The position numbers and the translations under genes were made by a program. This document shows positions 48,901 to 58,169 of a stretch of 61,030 nucleotides of DNA, piece by piece. This DNA comes from a virus (taxonomy: Duplodnaviria > Caudoviricetes): positions 1-61,030 of IMG/VR virus record IMGVR_UViG_3300030099_002804. The stretch is one strand, 5' to 3'. The notes under the pieces were generated by a model, which made no database searches, had not been told where the DNA came from, and saw only the letters and a list, made by a program, of their open reading frames with translations. Each line of letters opens with the position of its first letter. The first letter of the stretch is position 1.

Positions 48901-49850
48901 TCACAACCAATACGAAGTCTAACTCTTGCTAAAGTAGTATCTATTGCCATAGGACAGATACGAATAGTGAATATATCTCCATCACCCTTGCTATTTAATG
49001 TACCATCGTATGAAATAATTGGGTCGTATGAAGTAGTTGAGTTTTGATAGACTTCGGTAACTAAGAATGGTTTGCCGCTTGGGGACTCGATAGGCATTAG
49101 TGCCGCTTTAGGCATTCCGTTATTCAAAGCGTCGTTAAAGGGTACTTCGCCGGAATAAACACCGACTAAGTTGGTTCTAACTATTTTGGCTGGTGCCGCT
49201 AAAACTGCTGATGGAGAACTCATAGGCATACCGGACTCCGGTTCTAAGGCCGGTGAAATCCCACCCGAGTTATACATTGGGTCGTGCATAGATGCCCTAC
49301 CAAATGTGGAGTCGTTGCTACCAGTTGCTACATAGTATCTTTTAGATGTGTCATATCCGTTACACATTATCAAATACCCCTCCACTGCCGCATAGTTAGA
49401 TTTACTAGTGTCAGTTTCGTATGCTTTGGTAGCACCGCCAATAACCCCAGTACCGCCGTCAAACTTTTGGCGATTGGCGTTTGTTAGGGAATCCGGGTAT
49501 TCTAGTTGTGCAAGCCCATCCCATTTGCCGGGGTTGTTTCGGTTAATATCCAGTGTAGCCCACTCGCTAACACCTTTGTTGAATGTGTATTGTATAGAAG
49601 AGGCCACGCTACTATTGTTAAATCTTGCAGAATCTCCGTCACCACGCTCGACCCAAGCGTAGGTATATCTTGGGTTCAAAGTAGCCCAGCCGTTAATAGG
49701 GTTGCCGTGATGTGTTTTAGAAGAATACCATGTTAAAGCAGGTCTATTTTCGTCATCGGGGACTGTTCGTGCCGCCATAAAATCGTCATAGTAACCAGCC
49801 AACCAAAATGTGTATTTGCCTTCATCTATACTTCTAACCATTCTTTTCAC
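42924..49850 (-). CDS. very large tail tip/central fibre protein
   Basis: 2308 aa, beta-rich S/T/G/N composition, directly after tape measure. Confidence 0.7.
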   Translation of the reverse strand: MKRMVRSIDEGKYTFWLAGYYDDFMAARTVPDDENRPALTWYSSKTHHGNPINGWATLNPRYTYAWVERGDGDSARFNNSSVASSIQYTFNKGVSEWATLDINRNNPGKWDGLAQLEYPDSLTNANRQKFDGGTGVIGGATKAYETDTSKSNYAAVEGYLIMCNGYDTSKRYYVATGSNDSTFGRASMHDPMYNSGGISPALEPESGMPMSSPSAVLAAPAKIVRTNLVGVYSGEVPFNDALNNGMPKAALMPIESPSGKPFLVTEVYQNSTTSYDPIISYDGTLNSKGDGDIFTIRICPMAIDTTLARVRLRIGCEGTAFTSTVSGDTGYTRAAIDYEITPIGFQEMTTYAGTSMDTLWDDYDFIMNYTAGTYDIVKNGASVSTGNSIGTKADGSQFTAADMYGWELDVKKAAKKVSVLIDRVGLIRPLNDYPLSTTEMPPAVDFDCTATTNASSSLSVSVVDDDAQLKLISFFNQSSYSEWSLLMFHNRIDRPLWRGGITGMSYSQDGNGRTPTVKINAVDYFANLDTQLPTWEMGQGAEGDTTAQVAYDRSEAQNQLNAYYFGASLLESANQDLGFNEVQDGTGTWKWHLDSRMRNRSAHPIQMYSGEDTKGPNDAYDDWDSAITGGHATADTAYRSIHSRWIKDLRLSPWFTHLFSKIEKTPMNVLGRDTTYYGTARNGNNGWRSISTTSSDFTPGDTTITINGVATNLSSTGSIEFIDDDLFVDSGVYTGISTTNTVTNCIVRVYEGRILSDPNASATQANSRHYYKLINKYGATAPDYTGYIYEIMLFVPKTAYANHGDIGLNTDTMTIEGGGLPSVMLESYTLAMNETSYIPGTPLGNHPRELTIDGVDYWAYRMRRFGPNDSSGSGGVLNGQFRWIGQTNSPTGAVSPNTAYQDTGLPTQTNAQVIAGNNTIPNDYRVNDEYTGVTIKYGQTVLTLPETNFFQRSHPSGSNYAIRRLDKNDYKHIWVLWADMRNDGSADADNSRRKKQFGLMTPYSGNYELSLGIADTNISAVQDRERFVDLKIGEDVDIWEIDATTDPITGNPWSSATGASNDESNTKYHNWEEKGGSFVIIDSSKFFNLNTVSNGGKTGQASGGRKEIGDYLVETEGFPVLIDNYWTKAPTTYENIVNSSSWNSNYIYLVNDPTTLETEIEIGDKIIQLTNASVLPPIDTQVGQIRSEEKNTIFHFATYSATGTWDGSAYPFKDRAVSFAADGAGFVTITDTSGAVNRIGHMYRTGHKITIRDSTTTPSIDGDYTISRINAVNPATPYAATTTLTIAIDAGVTISAGTGKLDALNTRPLRTLLSLGMPVKNTTTAGEWNGEGYGSVNAAFYLTYTGATGSITIPNNEAEIGISLNPDNQNSYTDALVYGGLGNVFPMRLIMALNGFIENKASGTWWDSEKLRMSYLDCLTKNWISQSRLYGMHDISTVPITRDMATVFTDCNTTGRGGIITAITAPSSGSSTFTTGVPHGLSVGDSVTVIDSERISLLGKTKTEVITAVPANDTFTIPNTTSVAGSGSFGRWRLTNSVDDFGGVNDCRNTTITTIYSSSQSLAGLGGTNGVRQVFSWLMGRDSKPSYRPNYDMNLALNRDNVRVSTLNTQSNKQITNVRVFYGAGGSFVDYPTPTLGETPRWEILNMPSVTTNAEALAVAKAEYEKNKGAPLTIDAQILNFDNSYRMSGLDDMMVNGARYGYIADQSRTIPRTYGTGGSYVEDKAWAWTSIWGGNLFPGMVSALNGRDGNSNYIIPMTQKTYDIMYYWYGAASLSYALQVVHIPRDMPKTTMKTPAGSNINADGKLRFVVEVGDGTIDSYAATAINPVFRVRLIDYDWTDRDFVASARSSTSVSVDSNGYYEIDIPSTYWTGRDGTERIVLSVNYDYLLAVAKNRCGTGTLANGSVYGGSTHSTINGDSLFPLGMRKWNETEVNYMGRRSEWYAPRLHICDDINFVPGTQVSYTDSVLELSNEVMGIKQVQWSARGADRQQVQLTLERDVSRSIQNFASLLLPATNKGGTQTPGSGTSGRGGPSGDTSKPQGSGTFDWGGFGGTPVSGAWNSSGTSGVGFGTTTGVDFNPLTQVGTGPNVDGTNLSSNSPKTISSNILSSGLSNKIKGSMEFNNDSVLGGNFAVLGQKKPAIAPKKTSGVEGVDSFITPSSGDAVMTSNGMSFAGATDAAQAYNEFTTVVRVPQNSNSRQANIMGRYTLGAASGVASLDIEVKCVETGATANRTVTLAVGTNSSVTLFNGGLDGLDIPNNTIEIKISRAAGVSPDTAQYSSVTLHNIQVGFDSRSVSGDSQSNQMSYE

Positions 49851-49866
49851 CTATTCTATTCTAATA

Positions 49867-52800
49867 CTATGCGTTTGACAATGAAGGTGCTATTTCATTC
49901 AATGCCTTTCTAATGCGTTCTGCCGCCTCTCTCTCATTAAAGAATCCGTGGAAATTGTTAGACATAACAATATCCATCTTATTGTATAGCACACCTACAC
50001 CTTGCTTTACTACTTGCTTGTACAAGGAACCTGTTACATTACCATACTTGCCACCAAAGAATAACTCTTCTCTAGCATTACCAAAGTCGTACACATCTTC
50101 GGTCAAATTAGCCAGTGCCGTAGCAACATTACCGATATTTTCCGTTGCATCATCGGCAGTATCTTTGTTAAATAGACCTGCTTCAGAAGACTCAGTTAAG
50201 ATTGAATTATTGATAGCGACTATTGCGCCATATATTTCTGCGTCATCTATTAATGTACCTAAAGCCTTTATTTCATCTTTGCTTAATCTCTCTCCTCTTT
50301 CGTGCATATCCTGTAACTCGGCAAATAATTGCTCGAAATCGACATCAACACCCAGTTGATACTTTACTCCAAATGCTCTTGAGTAATGCTTTTCTATCGC
50401 ATCATCACTAAATAATCCCGATTCGACTAATTTATCACCGGCCCGTATTCTATCTCCGCCATAATCTAGTCCCAGTCTTAGTGCCGTTTCGTCAAGTGTG
50501 TTAGAGATTTCAGATAACCCTTCATATGCTTCGTCTATTGTTGCATATGAAACATCAATCATTTCATCATTTAGTGTAGCGGCACCAGTGCTGATGGCAT
50601 ATAAGGCATCAGCCAAACGAAGTGCGGAATCAATAGCCGCTTCTTGCGACCCATCTAACCCATCCATACCCTCTTCTAATTTACCGATAGTGTCCTCAAG
50701 CAAGTCGCTATCATCCCTTAGTTCTTTTAGGGAATGATTAGTTATGCCTAATTTTTCGGCTAAGTATTCGGTTTCGTCTGAAAATAAATGAGTATTGTTT
50801 TGTAGGTCTAATAATGTAGCATCATGTTCCATAGCAAAGTTTTCAGCAACTTCTAATGCTTTAGCACTTTTCGCCTGCTTATCATTGAATACTGCTAAAG
50901 CACCTGTTATCAAAACAAGTGGCCCCATAGCCCTTGTTACTTTACCTGCATAACTTAGGAACGAATTGCCTGCGGTGGCGTTTGCCAGTATTAGTGCTTT
51001 TTGTGTAGTAATAAAATCTTTAGTGGTTTTTGCTAATGAGCCTAGTGCGGGAATTAGGGTGGTTGACATCATTACTGTGGATGCGGTTGCGGCATTCACT
51101 CCGGGTATCATGCCTATTGCGATAGAAGATACTGAGGACAAAGCAAAACCAAACTTTCGTGCTGAGTCGGCGGCGGCTACTTGGGCTTTTTCTAGCCCTT
51201 CATCACCGAGAATATTTGCGTAATGCTTTGTTTCTTCGGCGGTATCAGCCAAACCATCTTTAATTATATTCTCTAAATTAGTCCTCTCCTTTGTTGACAG
51301 GTTCAAGTCCCTTTGGGCTTCTGCTAATTCTCTAATAGCCTGTTCTATTTCCTCGGTTACTGGCCCTAACTCCAGTAATATATCGTGCATTTGACCCTTA
51401 GTAAGCACCGATTCATTCTCAAGGGTGTTAAGTGCAGATTGTAATTCGGTCTGCCTTTGTATCATCATGCCGTGAAGGTCAACGGTTTTGAGTAGGCTAT
51501 CGGTCTGCATTTGATGACCCAGTGTAGTTTCACCAAGCCTACGCAAAGCCGCATCTGATTGTCTATCTATGTTCAACCTTCTCTCATTTACAGTGCCGTA
51601 GTTTTCAATGTACTCATTTAATTCAGTTTCTAAATGGTTATACATTCTCGCTTCGTGTTCTAAATCTTTAACATATTGGTCTTGAGCGTCACTTAAATCC
51701 TTGCCTCGGGACTTTGCTACTGCCGCCGCATTTGCCATGTTGAGTTGCTCGCTTGCATTTTTCGCCATAGCATCGTTTAGTTGGACAATAACTCTTCGTG
51801 AAGCGTGGTACTGGTCTATGTTACTACCAGTATCACGGCGACCACCGCCAGTGAAAGTCTTTTCTCTAAGAGTGTCTGCGGTTTGCTCCGCTATCAACAG
51901 CGTGTTGATTGCGTCAGTTTGTTGTTTGAGCATTCTATTTTTACGCTCAACAAATATAACATCTTCTTTGCTAAGTCTTTTTACTTGGTCGTGTGCAAGG
52001 ACTACTCTTCTCATGTGTGCTTCATGTGCGGCACTCTTTTCATTAAATATCTTATTGTATTGTTTTTGTAGTGTTAATTCACTACCTTGGGCGATTAACT
52101 GCTGGTTGAAGTAAAGAATCCTATCCATCCTATTACCTGCACCACTCTCATTAATGATATTGTACATGCTGGCTAAACTGTTCAACTCCCTTTGTGCTTT
52201 CAAAGATTGCTCATCAAGGTTAAGGCCGTACTCTTCTAGTCTATTCTTCTCATCAAATAGATGCAGATTTTCACGCTCGGCAGTTTTTATTTGTAGGGTT
52301 AAAGCATTCGCCCTCTCCCTGTGCCTGTTGATTAACTGATGGTGATACTGAATGGCCTGTAATAGTACCTTTTCCTCCTCGGTGGCTTGTACATTGAAGT
52401 CAAAGTATGTTGCTTGTTTGCTATGTAATGTTTCATTAGCAATTAGAATACCATGCAGGTCACGCTGGACAGACTCAAACATACCCATACCAATTGCCAA
52501 AGACTGTATTCCCAACCCAAACTTAACAAACCCACCAAACAACTGTCCGAATGCGGTCATCCTACCTAGTATTCTTAACAAGTCCTCGCCAAATGTATCA
52601 GCAATAGCGACTTGCATTTCAAGTATGTCATTCTTGGCTTCTTTTTGTGCTATCAAAAACGGCGACAGGGACTCTCCCATCGACGCTTTCATATTTTCAG
52701 CCGCCGCATCTGCTCTTTCCATTTGGTAGGCAAACGACTCCATAGCCTTCTCGGCCTGTCCTGATGCCGAATCAACATCTTTAACAGCCTGTTCCGCTAA

Positions 52801-53793
52801 CTCAACTGCTCTCGCTTGGTTTTCCATCAACTTGATGAAACGGACATAGTGCCTGTTACCAGCGATAGTCTGTGCAATATTCTGCTTTTGGGCTGAAGTC
52901 ATTCTGTCCCAACCCATATCAACAAGTTGTTGTGTGATATTGCGCATAGTGTTCATATCGCCGCTAGTATTGATTACTTCGACACCCAAAGCCTCTAATT
53001 CACTTCTTGCACCACCGATGTCACCACCCATGCGAGCATAAATCATACGCAAGGCACGACCAGCCGCACCTGCTTCTTCACCTGCTTCGAGTAGCACCGC
53101 AGACATAGCCGCCATGTCCTCGAAACTCTCTTTTACTAACGCTCCCTGTGCGGCGAAGTTTGTCATAGTTTCCACTAATTCACCCTCAACCGCTACCGAC
53201 CGGTTAGCAATTGTGTTAAGTGCGTCAAGAGCAAACGCCGATTGGTCGGTTAGTATTTTTTCCTGTTGTAGTTGAGTAAGTCTTTGAAATTGAGCCGCAT
53301 TCAAATCCCCATATAATATGCCTGTTTGCTGTTGTAGTTTGATAATACCCTTCATAGCCTCTTCGGAGTTTAGGTCAGATATGTTAGATAGGATTTCAGC
53401 CTGTTCAACCAACAGTGGGATATTCTCCTCGCCAACAATGGCCGCTACCTGTGCCGCCCTTGAACCTGCGGATAACGCCTCAGTACCTACCTTAGCATAG
53501 GCCAAACCAACTTCTTTTAGTTCTTCTGCTAATATATCAGCGTCTTGGCCTCCGTAAAACTTCTCGAACTCAACTTGGGCTTTACCCATCTCAATTGTTA
53601 CCTGCTTTAGTTCACCAATGTACACGCCTATGGCTCTCGATACATCTTCGATAGGCTTTAACATAGCCTCGAAAGAGTCGAGGCTAACCGCCCTCATAAC
53701 ATTCATAGCGGTTCTATGGTCTTGAATTAATTTACGAGCGTTAAAGCCCGCAACTACATTGAAGAATACTTGGGATGCGCCAACTCTTGTCAT
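49867..53793 (-). CDS. tail tape measure protein
   Basis: 1308 aa helical, TP901-type core (AGEEAGAAGRALRMIY, LEALGV), follows tail chaperones. Confidence 0.88.
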   Translation of the reverse strand: MTRVGASQVFFNVVAGFNARKLIQDHRTAMNVMRAVSLDSFEAMLKPIEDVSRAIGVYIGELKQVTIEMGKAQVEFEKFYGGQDADILAEELKEVGLAYAKVGTEALSAGSRAAQVAAIVGEENIPLLVEQAEILSNISDLNSEEAMKGIIKLQQQTGILYGDLNAAQFQRLTQLQQEKILTDQSAFALDALNTIANRSVAVEGELVETMTNFAAQGALVKESFEDMAAMSAVLLEAGEEAGAAGRALRMIYARMGGDIGGARSELEALGVEVINTSGDMNTMRNITQQLVDMGWDRMTSAQKQNIAQTIAGNRHYVRFIKLMENQARAVELAEQAVKDVDSASGQAEKAMESFAYQMERADAAAENMKASMGESLSPFLIAQKEAKNDILEMQVAIADTFGEDLLRILGRMTAFGQLFGGFVKFGLGIQSLAIGMGMFESVQRDLHGILIANETLHSKQATYFDFNVQATEEEKVLLQAIQYHHQLINRHRERANALTLQIKTAERENLHLFDEKNRLEEYGLNLDEQSLKAQRELNSLASMYNIINESGAGNRMDRILYFNQQLIAQGSELTLQKQYNKIFNEKSAAHEAHMRRVVLAHDQVKRLSKEDVIFVERKNRMLKQQTDAINTLLIAEQTADTLREKTFTGGGRRDTGSNIDQYHASRRVIVQLNDAMAKNASEQLNMANAAAVAKSRGKDLSDAQDQYVKDLEHEARMYNHLETELNEYIENYGTVNERRLNIDRQSDAALRRLGETTLGHQMQTDSLLKTVDLHGMMIQRQTELQSALNTLENESVLTKGQMHDILLELGPVTEEIEQAIRELAEAQRDLNLSTKERTNLENIIKDGLADTAEETKHYANILGDEGLEKAQVAAADSARKFGFALSSVSSIAIGMIPGVNAATASTVMMSTTLIPALGSLAKTTKDFITTQKALILANATAGNSFLSYAGKVTRAMGPLVLITGALAVFNDKQAKSAKALEVAENFAMEHDATLLDLQNNTHLFSDETEYLAEKLGITNHSLKELRDDSDLLEDTIGKLEEGMDGLDGSQEAAIDSALRLADALYAISTGAATLNDEMIDVSYATIDEAYEGLSEISNTLDETALRLGLDYGGDRIRAGDKLVESGLFSDDAIEKHYSRAFGVKYQLGVDVDFEQLFAELQDMHERGERLSKDEIKALGTLIDDAEIYGAIVAINNSILTESSEAGLFNKDTADDATENIGNVATALANLTEDVYDFGNAREELFFGGKYGNVTGSLYKQVVKQGVGVLYNKMDIVMSNNFHGFFNEREAAERIRKALNEIAPSLSNA

Positions 53794-53797
53794 GTTA

Positions 53798-54034
53798 TCA
53801 CTCTCCCTGCTTTACAACAGGTATGCCCCGTTGCTTTAATAATTCGACTACTTCGTTGCCGCTTAACTCTTGACCCGCCTTGTGTCGGCGTTGTTTAACT
53901 CGCTCCATCATGGCTTTGCCGTCGTTCTTGGCTTTGCCAGTGGCTTTGCTAACTTGGTCGTGCATGTCGTTTAATACGGCAAGGTCATACTCGAATAGAT
54001 ACATTCCCCCTTCAGCAGTATATTTCATCAACAA
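53798..54034 (-). CDS. tail assembly chaperone, frameshift extension (T-like)
   Basis: In the -1 frame of 54088..54444 and open from the slippery site. Confidence 0.7.
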   Translation of the reverse strand: MLMKYTAEGGMYLFEYDLAVLNDMHDQVSKATGKAKNDGKAMMERVKQRRHKAGQELSGNEVVELLKQRGIPVVKQGE

Positions 54035-54087
54035 GTCACTTGGTACGGCTCCTTTGTACGATGAACATAATGCGGGGGCTACCTTGC

Positions 54088-54444
54088 CTAAGAGTCCAAA
54101 GGGATTGCACCCTCCGGCTCTCCAATCCCTCTAACAAAATTAAACACCTGCATCAATTCATCCTTGTCAAGCATGTTGACATCGAAATCATCGGGCAGGC
54201 ATGGGGGAATCATCTCCCTCATTTGTGAATTAACATCTCCACCGACATCTTCAAGAGCCGTCATAAACTCTTCTTGTTGCTCGTCAGTCCACTCATCTTG
54301 GTCTAAACCGAAGTGCTTAAACCTACGGAATGTTTTGGCTAGTAAGGTTTCAAACTTGAGTCGCTCCATACCGGAGGCTTGGCGTACCCAAATCTTCTTT
54401 GTTCCAATTTCAAACTCTTTCTTTAGTATCGGCATCTTTTTCAC
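54088..54444 (-). CDS. tail assembly chaperone (G-like)
   Basis: Between tail tube and tape measure genes, ends at a slippery site. Confidence 0.7.
   Translation of the reverse strand: MKKMPILKKEFEIGTKKIWVRQASGMERLKFETLLAKTFRRFKHFGLDQDEWTDEQQEEFMTALEDVGGDVNSQMREMIPPCLPDDFDVNMLDKDELMQVFNFVRGIGEPEGAIPLDS
54097..54103 (-). other. -1 programmed frameshift slippery site C CCT TTG
   Basis: X XXY YYZ heptamer three codons before the stop. The -1 frame is open into 53798..54034. Confidence 0.75.
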
Positions 54445-54628
54445 TCTTCTTTGCTTTACTTTTCTTTGCTGGCTTTTTTGCCTTAGTTGTCTTTTTCTTT
54501 ACTTCGACAACTGGTTCTTCGACGACTACCGGTTCTTCAACTACCGGCTCATCGTCTTGAATAGAGAGCCCTTTTGTTAGGACTACGGACTTTACTTTTC
54601 CGATTATTTTTCCTACGGATTTTCGCAT
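54410..54628 (-). CDS. small low-complexity Lys-rich protein
   Basis: EEPVVV repeats and a KK-rich tail, GGTGA RBS. Confidence 0.5.
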   Translation of the reverse strand: MRKSVGKIIGKVKSVVLTKGLSIQDDEPVVEEPVVVEEPVVEVKKKTTKAKKPAKKSKAKKSEKDADTKERV

Positions 54629-54638
54629 CTAAATCACC

Positions 54639-55724
54639 TTATGCGATAGAGTATGTAATTCCTGATGCCAATCCTGTTGAAGCCGCAGTGTGGGTTATTA
54701 TTGCTTCGGACATAACATTGTCTGTGTCAACAAGAGCGACGAAGTTTAGGCTTAGGCTTTGTGTGTCACGACCACTAATGTTTGCGGTTGGTGCCTCCCA
54801 GCGTACTTTACGAATAGCCAGTACAAGGGATTGTGTACCATTGGTTAGTGTTAGTTTAATCGCTGGGTCGCCACTCACACCATCGTATAACTTGCCGCCG
54901 CTTGTTAGAAGCATATCGTAACCCGGAACGCTTGTACTGCTTGTTGTCGAAGCGTCTGAGAACTCAATTGTTCCTGTGATTTCACGCATTTGCGGCTCCG
55001 GCTGGCGAATGTATGTTCTGTCACCAATCGAGCAAGCCGCATCGGTGTCAAGGTTCATGTTATACTCAAGGTTGATTGACTTAATCTTAGTTGACTCAAC
55101 TCCTGTTGCACCTGCTTCTGAGAACTTAACTTCACCGTCTGCGAAGTGGTACCCATCAAGTGCGGCACCACCGAAAGACGGTGTAGTGGCTAGTAGGCTA
55201 CTTGTTCCCGATTCAGATTTGCCTGTGAAATCAACGGACATAGTAACATATTCACCGTGGGTGCAGTTAAGGCTAAGTCTGTTAATACACATACCTTTGT
55301 ACATATGCTCCTTTTCCTCACGACCTATTTCAAGGGTGAAAGAAGGTAAAACATTGTCCCTATCCTCTTTCATTGTGTGAGTGAAACCCGAAATTGTGTA
55401 ACCTGCCGCCCCGCCGCCCGGTGATGCGGTTCCGTCACCGTAAATACCATAGAAGCATAGGCCTAGTAGGTCATCCGGTTGTGCGACGAAGTTTATTCCA
55501 CCTTCTGAGTATTCCTTTCCATTTACGGACTTTGCCGCACCGTATCGGCTAACATCTGCTCTTGTCATCAAATCAAATCTGTATTGTATGCTTTCGTCGT
55601 CTATTTCGCCTATCATTTTTCCCGATGCCGTCATAGCCGACGGGACACCGTAAGAACGGGCACCATTTGCAGTCAGATGCTCGGGTGTCATGGCGAAATA
55701 TCTGTATTCAAAATTAGAGGTCAT
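54639..55724 (-). CDS. major tail tube protein
   Basis: SFTLEIG...YKGMCINRLSL, REITGTIEF pattern, upstream of the chaperones. Confidence 0.75.
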   Translation of the reverse strand: MTSNFEYRYFAMTPEHLTANGARSYGVPSAMTASGKMIGEIDDESIQYRFDLMTRADVSRYGAAKSVNGKEYSEGGINFVAQPDDLLGLCFYGIYGDGTASPGGGAAGYTISGFTHTMKEDRDNVLPSFTLEIGREEKEHMYKGMCINRLSLNCTHGEYVTMSVDFTGKSESGTSSLLATTPSFGGAALDGYHFADGEVKFSEAGATGVESTKIKSINLEYNMNLDTDAACSIGDRTYIRQPEPQMREITGTIEFSDASTTSSTSVPGYDMLLTSGGKLYDGVSGDPAIKLTLTNGTQSLVLAIRKVRWEAPTANISGRDTQSLSLNFVALVDTDNVMSEAIITHTAASTGLASGITYSIA

Positions 55725-55772
55725 TTACCTTCACCTGTATGTCGCTACTAATGGTTTGTTATTTGAAGGTTA

Positions 55773-56864
55773 TTACCGATGTAGCATGTTTAATTGACGC
55801 ATGTATGTCAATTCCATACGGTGAACGCAGATAACTTCGTCATTATCCATTTTAGTATCGAAGGTAATAGAGTAATCGGTTAGGCTATCAGTCGTGCCTT
55901 TAAGCCCGGTGTTAGTATAGATTTCATCGAAAGCATCACCAGCAATTTCCATACCTTGACGGTATGCGTTTTTGTAATCTGTGCCTCGGGTAGTTATAAA
56001 CAGGACTAAGGTGAAAAATTGCTTGATTCTTGTACCACCTATTGTGTCAAAGTTTGGTGAATCCATCTTCTGTAAAATTACATGAATGCTGGGGGGAGCG
56101 ATTCTTGAAATCTGCTGGCTAGATATATCGTAGCCGTATAGGATGGATGAATCATCAACAAGGTTTTTGATAAAGAATCGCTTGCTATTCTGCAATAGAT
56201 TTACCACTGAAAGACCCATACGAATAAGACTGTCAGATACAAAGGCACTTGTGGATAATTCATCAGGACTGAACGCACCCATGTTGGTAGTATAGACATT
56301 ATTCCATAGAATCGTTCCATCGTCATTCCCCCACTGTATCTTCTTGGATGAACCTGCACTGCCTGTCACTTCAAGATAGTTGGTAGCCGCTAAATCATCT
56401 TCAACTATCTCTCTCATATACAAACGGGCTTTACCGGTCGCACTATCTAGTGTTAGGCGAAGCATGATAGGCACTGCCTCGAAACCATCTGCTTGTGCTA
56501 AATCTAACTCTCTCGATGTAACAGTAGTAGTGCCTACTAATTTTAGAGTCTGTGAATTGCCGGTAGCATGGACTTCAACCTTGTGTGTTCCGTTATCTAA
56601 TTTCATAAGAACGGTGCCGTCAGATGGTGCCACCGAGTATTTGAAACAAACAACAAGAGTATAGTCATCAGTTGTTGGGGTTACATGCCAAAGTTGACCG
56701 CTACCTGCACTAGCAATCTGCCAAGCCTCGCCAACGGCCGAGCCATCACCGCCTGTTCCTGTTAAGGTAAAGGACTCGTTATCTTGCCCATAGTCGGTTA
56801 GGTTTGATGGGTCGCCACCATTCATACGAGAAGTCCAGTATTGATTAGTAGTTGATATTGCCAC
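55773..56864 (-). CDS. tail terminator-like protein with extra N-terminal beta-sandwich domain
   Basis: C-terminal PSIHV...TLVLFITT terminator-like part, directly before the tube gene. Confidence 0.5.
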   Translation of the reverse strand: MAISTTNQYWTSRMNGGDPSNLTDYGQDNESFTLTGTGGDGSAVGEAWQIASAGSGQLWHVTPTTDDYTLVVCFKYSVAPSDGTVLMKLDNGTHKVEVHATGNSQTLKLVGTTTVTSRELDLAQADGFEAVPIMLRLTLDSATGKARLYMREIVEDDLAATNYLEVTGSAGSSKKIQWGNDDGTILWNNVYTTNMGAFSPDELSTSAFVSDSLIRMGLSVVNLLQNSKRFFIKNLVDDSSILYGYDISSQQISRIAPPSIHVILQKMDSPNFDTIGGTRIKQFFTLVLFITTRGTDYKNAYRQGMEIAGDAFDEIYTNTGLKGTTDSLTDYSITFDTKMDNDEVICVHRMELTYMRQLNMLHR

Positions 56865-57414
56865 GGCCACCACCCCACGCCTCGTTAAAAGCATCTATTA
56901 TTGCCGCCTCAATCTGCGGGCTAACTGCATCTCTCGCTTTGCTCAACCAATCAATTGATTTGAAACCGGGATGCACCATGTTATTACCAGTTTTAGCGTT
57001 GATAAATCCATCACCAGCACCAAAAGTTAGACTATTGTCTATTGTTTTGAATGTGAACGGGTAGTCAAACTTAGGGGAGCCGTACTCAAGATACTGTGCT
57101 AATTTACCACCACGGGAACCTGTAACACCGCCTTCATCAATAGGGTCGGAACCAAAACGCACTTCTGCTTTTTGATTGTGATTTTCACCTATTTCCACTA
57201 TTAGGGAATCTGCTACCTTTTGTGCCATAGCCTGTTGCCTAACTGGTGCGTCACGCTTTATCTGTGACTGTGATGTAGGAATCTGTGCCTTTAGTACATC
57301 GTAAATGGCATCAGCCATAATTTCGGCAGATGTCCTTTCCATCTCCTTGATAGCCGCATCAGTTTGACGGGTATCAATTTCGAGGGAAAATCCCATACCA
57401 AATCTATTTGCCAT
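56845..57414 (-). CDS. HK97 gp10-like tail completion protein
   Basis: AQYLEYG...HPG...WL..A motif. Confidence 0.65.
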   Translation of the reverse strand: MANRFGMGFSLEIDTRQTDAAIKEMERTSAEIMADAIYDVLKAQIPTSQSQIKRDAPVRQQAMAQKVADSLIVEIGENHNQKAEVRFGSDPIDEGGVTGSRGGKLAQYLEYGSPKFDYPFTFKTIDNSLTFGAGDGFINAKTGNNMVHPGFKSIDWLSKARDAVSPQIEAAIIDAFNEAWGGGRGNINY

Positions 57415-57423
57415 CTAATCCCC

Positions 57424-57954
57424 TCAGTCAACAGTCCCCAAATGAGCCAATCTAGTTAGGCTTGCGGTTCCTCTTGCTCGAAGGACATTAGAGCGCACCG
57501 GGTCGGAACCTGCGGTGTGGAATGCGGCTTCATCTTCAAGGTATATTGCCGCCGCTAAATCAGCACAAATCTCTCGGGCTATCTCCGCAAACTCTCCTTC
57601 TTGTACAGGGGATGCGGTATCATGTGCAAAGTCTATACCTGTGCAACCTGTTAGTGTGGCACCGCCTTTACCAGTCCACTTGAATGTGTCGCCATCTATG
57701 TTACCTGTGCCGGCAGTTGAAAAATCAGCGTTACTAACAAGTGTGATTGTAGTAGCACCTGCGCTAACTGCACCGTTTAGTGTGTTTGACGCTATGTAAG
57801 AGGACGGGGCATCACGACCATAATCACGGAATGATTGGTCTATCTCCACTCCCGCCCTACGGATAGCACTTGCTATACGAGTAGCGGCTCTATCACGCTG
57901 GCCGGAATCAAGACCCAACCTAACTGAAACATCTGCCGCCGTACAATACCCCAT
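57424..57954 (-). CDS. head-tail adaptor protein
   Basis: MGYCTAADV...I..A...ID...ICADLAA. Confidence 0.65.
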   Translation of the reverse strand: MGYCTAADVSVRLGLDSGQRDRAATRIASAIRRAGVEIDQSFRDYGRDAPSSYIASNTLNGAVSAGATTITLVSNADFSTAGTGNIDGDTFKWTGKGGATLTGCTGIDFAHDTASPVQEGEFAEIAREICADLAAAIYLEDEAAFHTAGSDPVRSNVLRARGTASLTRLAHLGTVD

Positions 57955-57962
57955 ATTATCAC

Positions 57963-58169
57963 CTACAAAATCAAACTACCCACATCAACGCCGAAGGATG
58001 CCGCAATAAAGATAATTAGTATTCGCACACTGCCGTGTAGTTTGGCAAGTGATACCATCATCTCCGTCTGAGCCTCCCCCATCTTTTCCAATAATTCCTC
58101 ATGCTTGTCTATGCGCTTTTCAATATTATCGAGGCGCACACCATGAGTGGTTCTTGACATGGAAATCAC
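57963..58169 (-). CDS. coiled-coil protein with C-terminal TM helix
   Basis: Heptads followed by ILIIFIAASFG. Confidence 0.55.
   Translation of the reverse strand: MISMSRTTHGVRLDNIEKRIDKHEELLEKMGEAQTEMMVSLAKLHGSVRILIIFIAASFGVDVGSLIL

Noticed and set aside
42991-57799. Many plus-strand ORFs antisense to tail genes
   Set aside because: Shadow frames of the long minus-strand genes, with no RBS or motifs.
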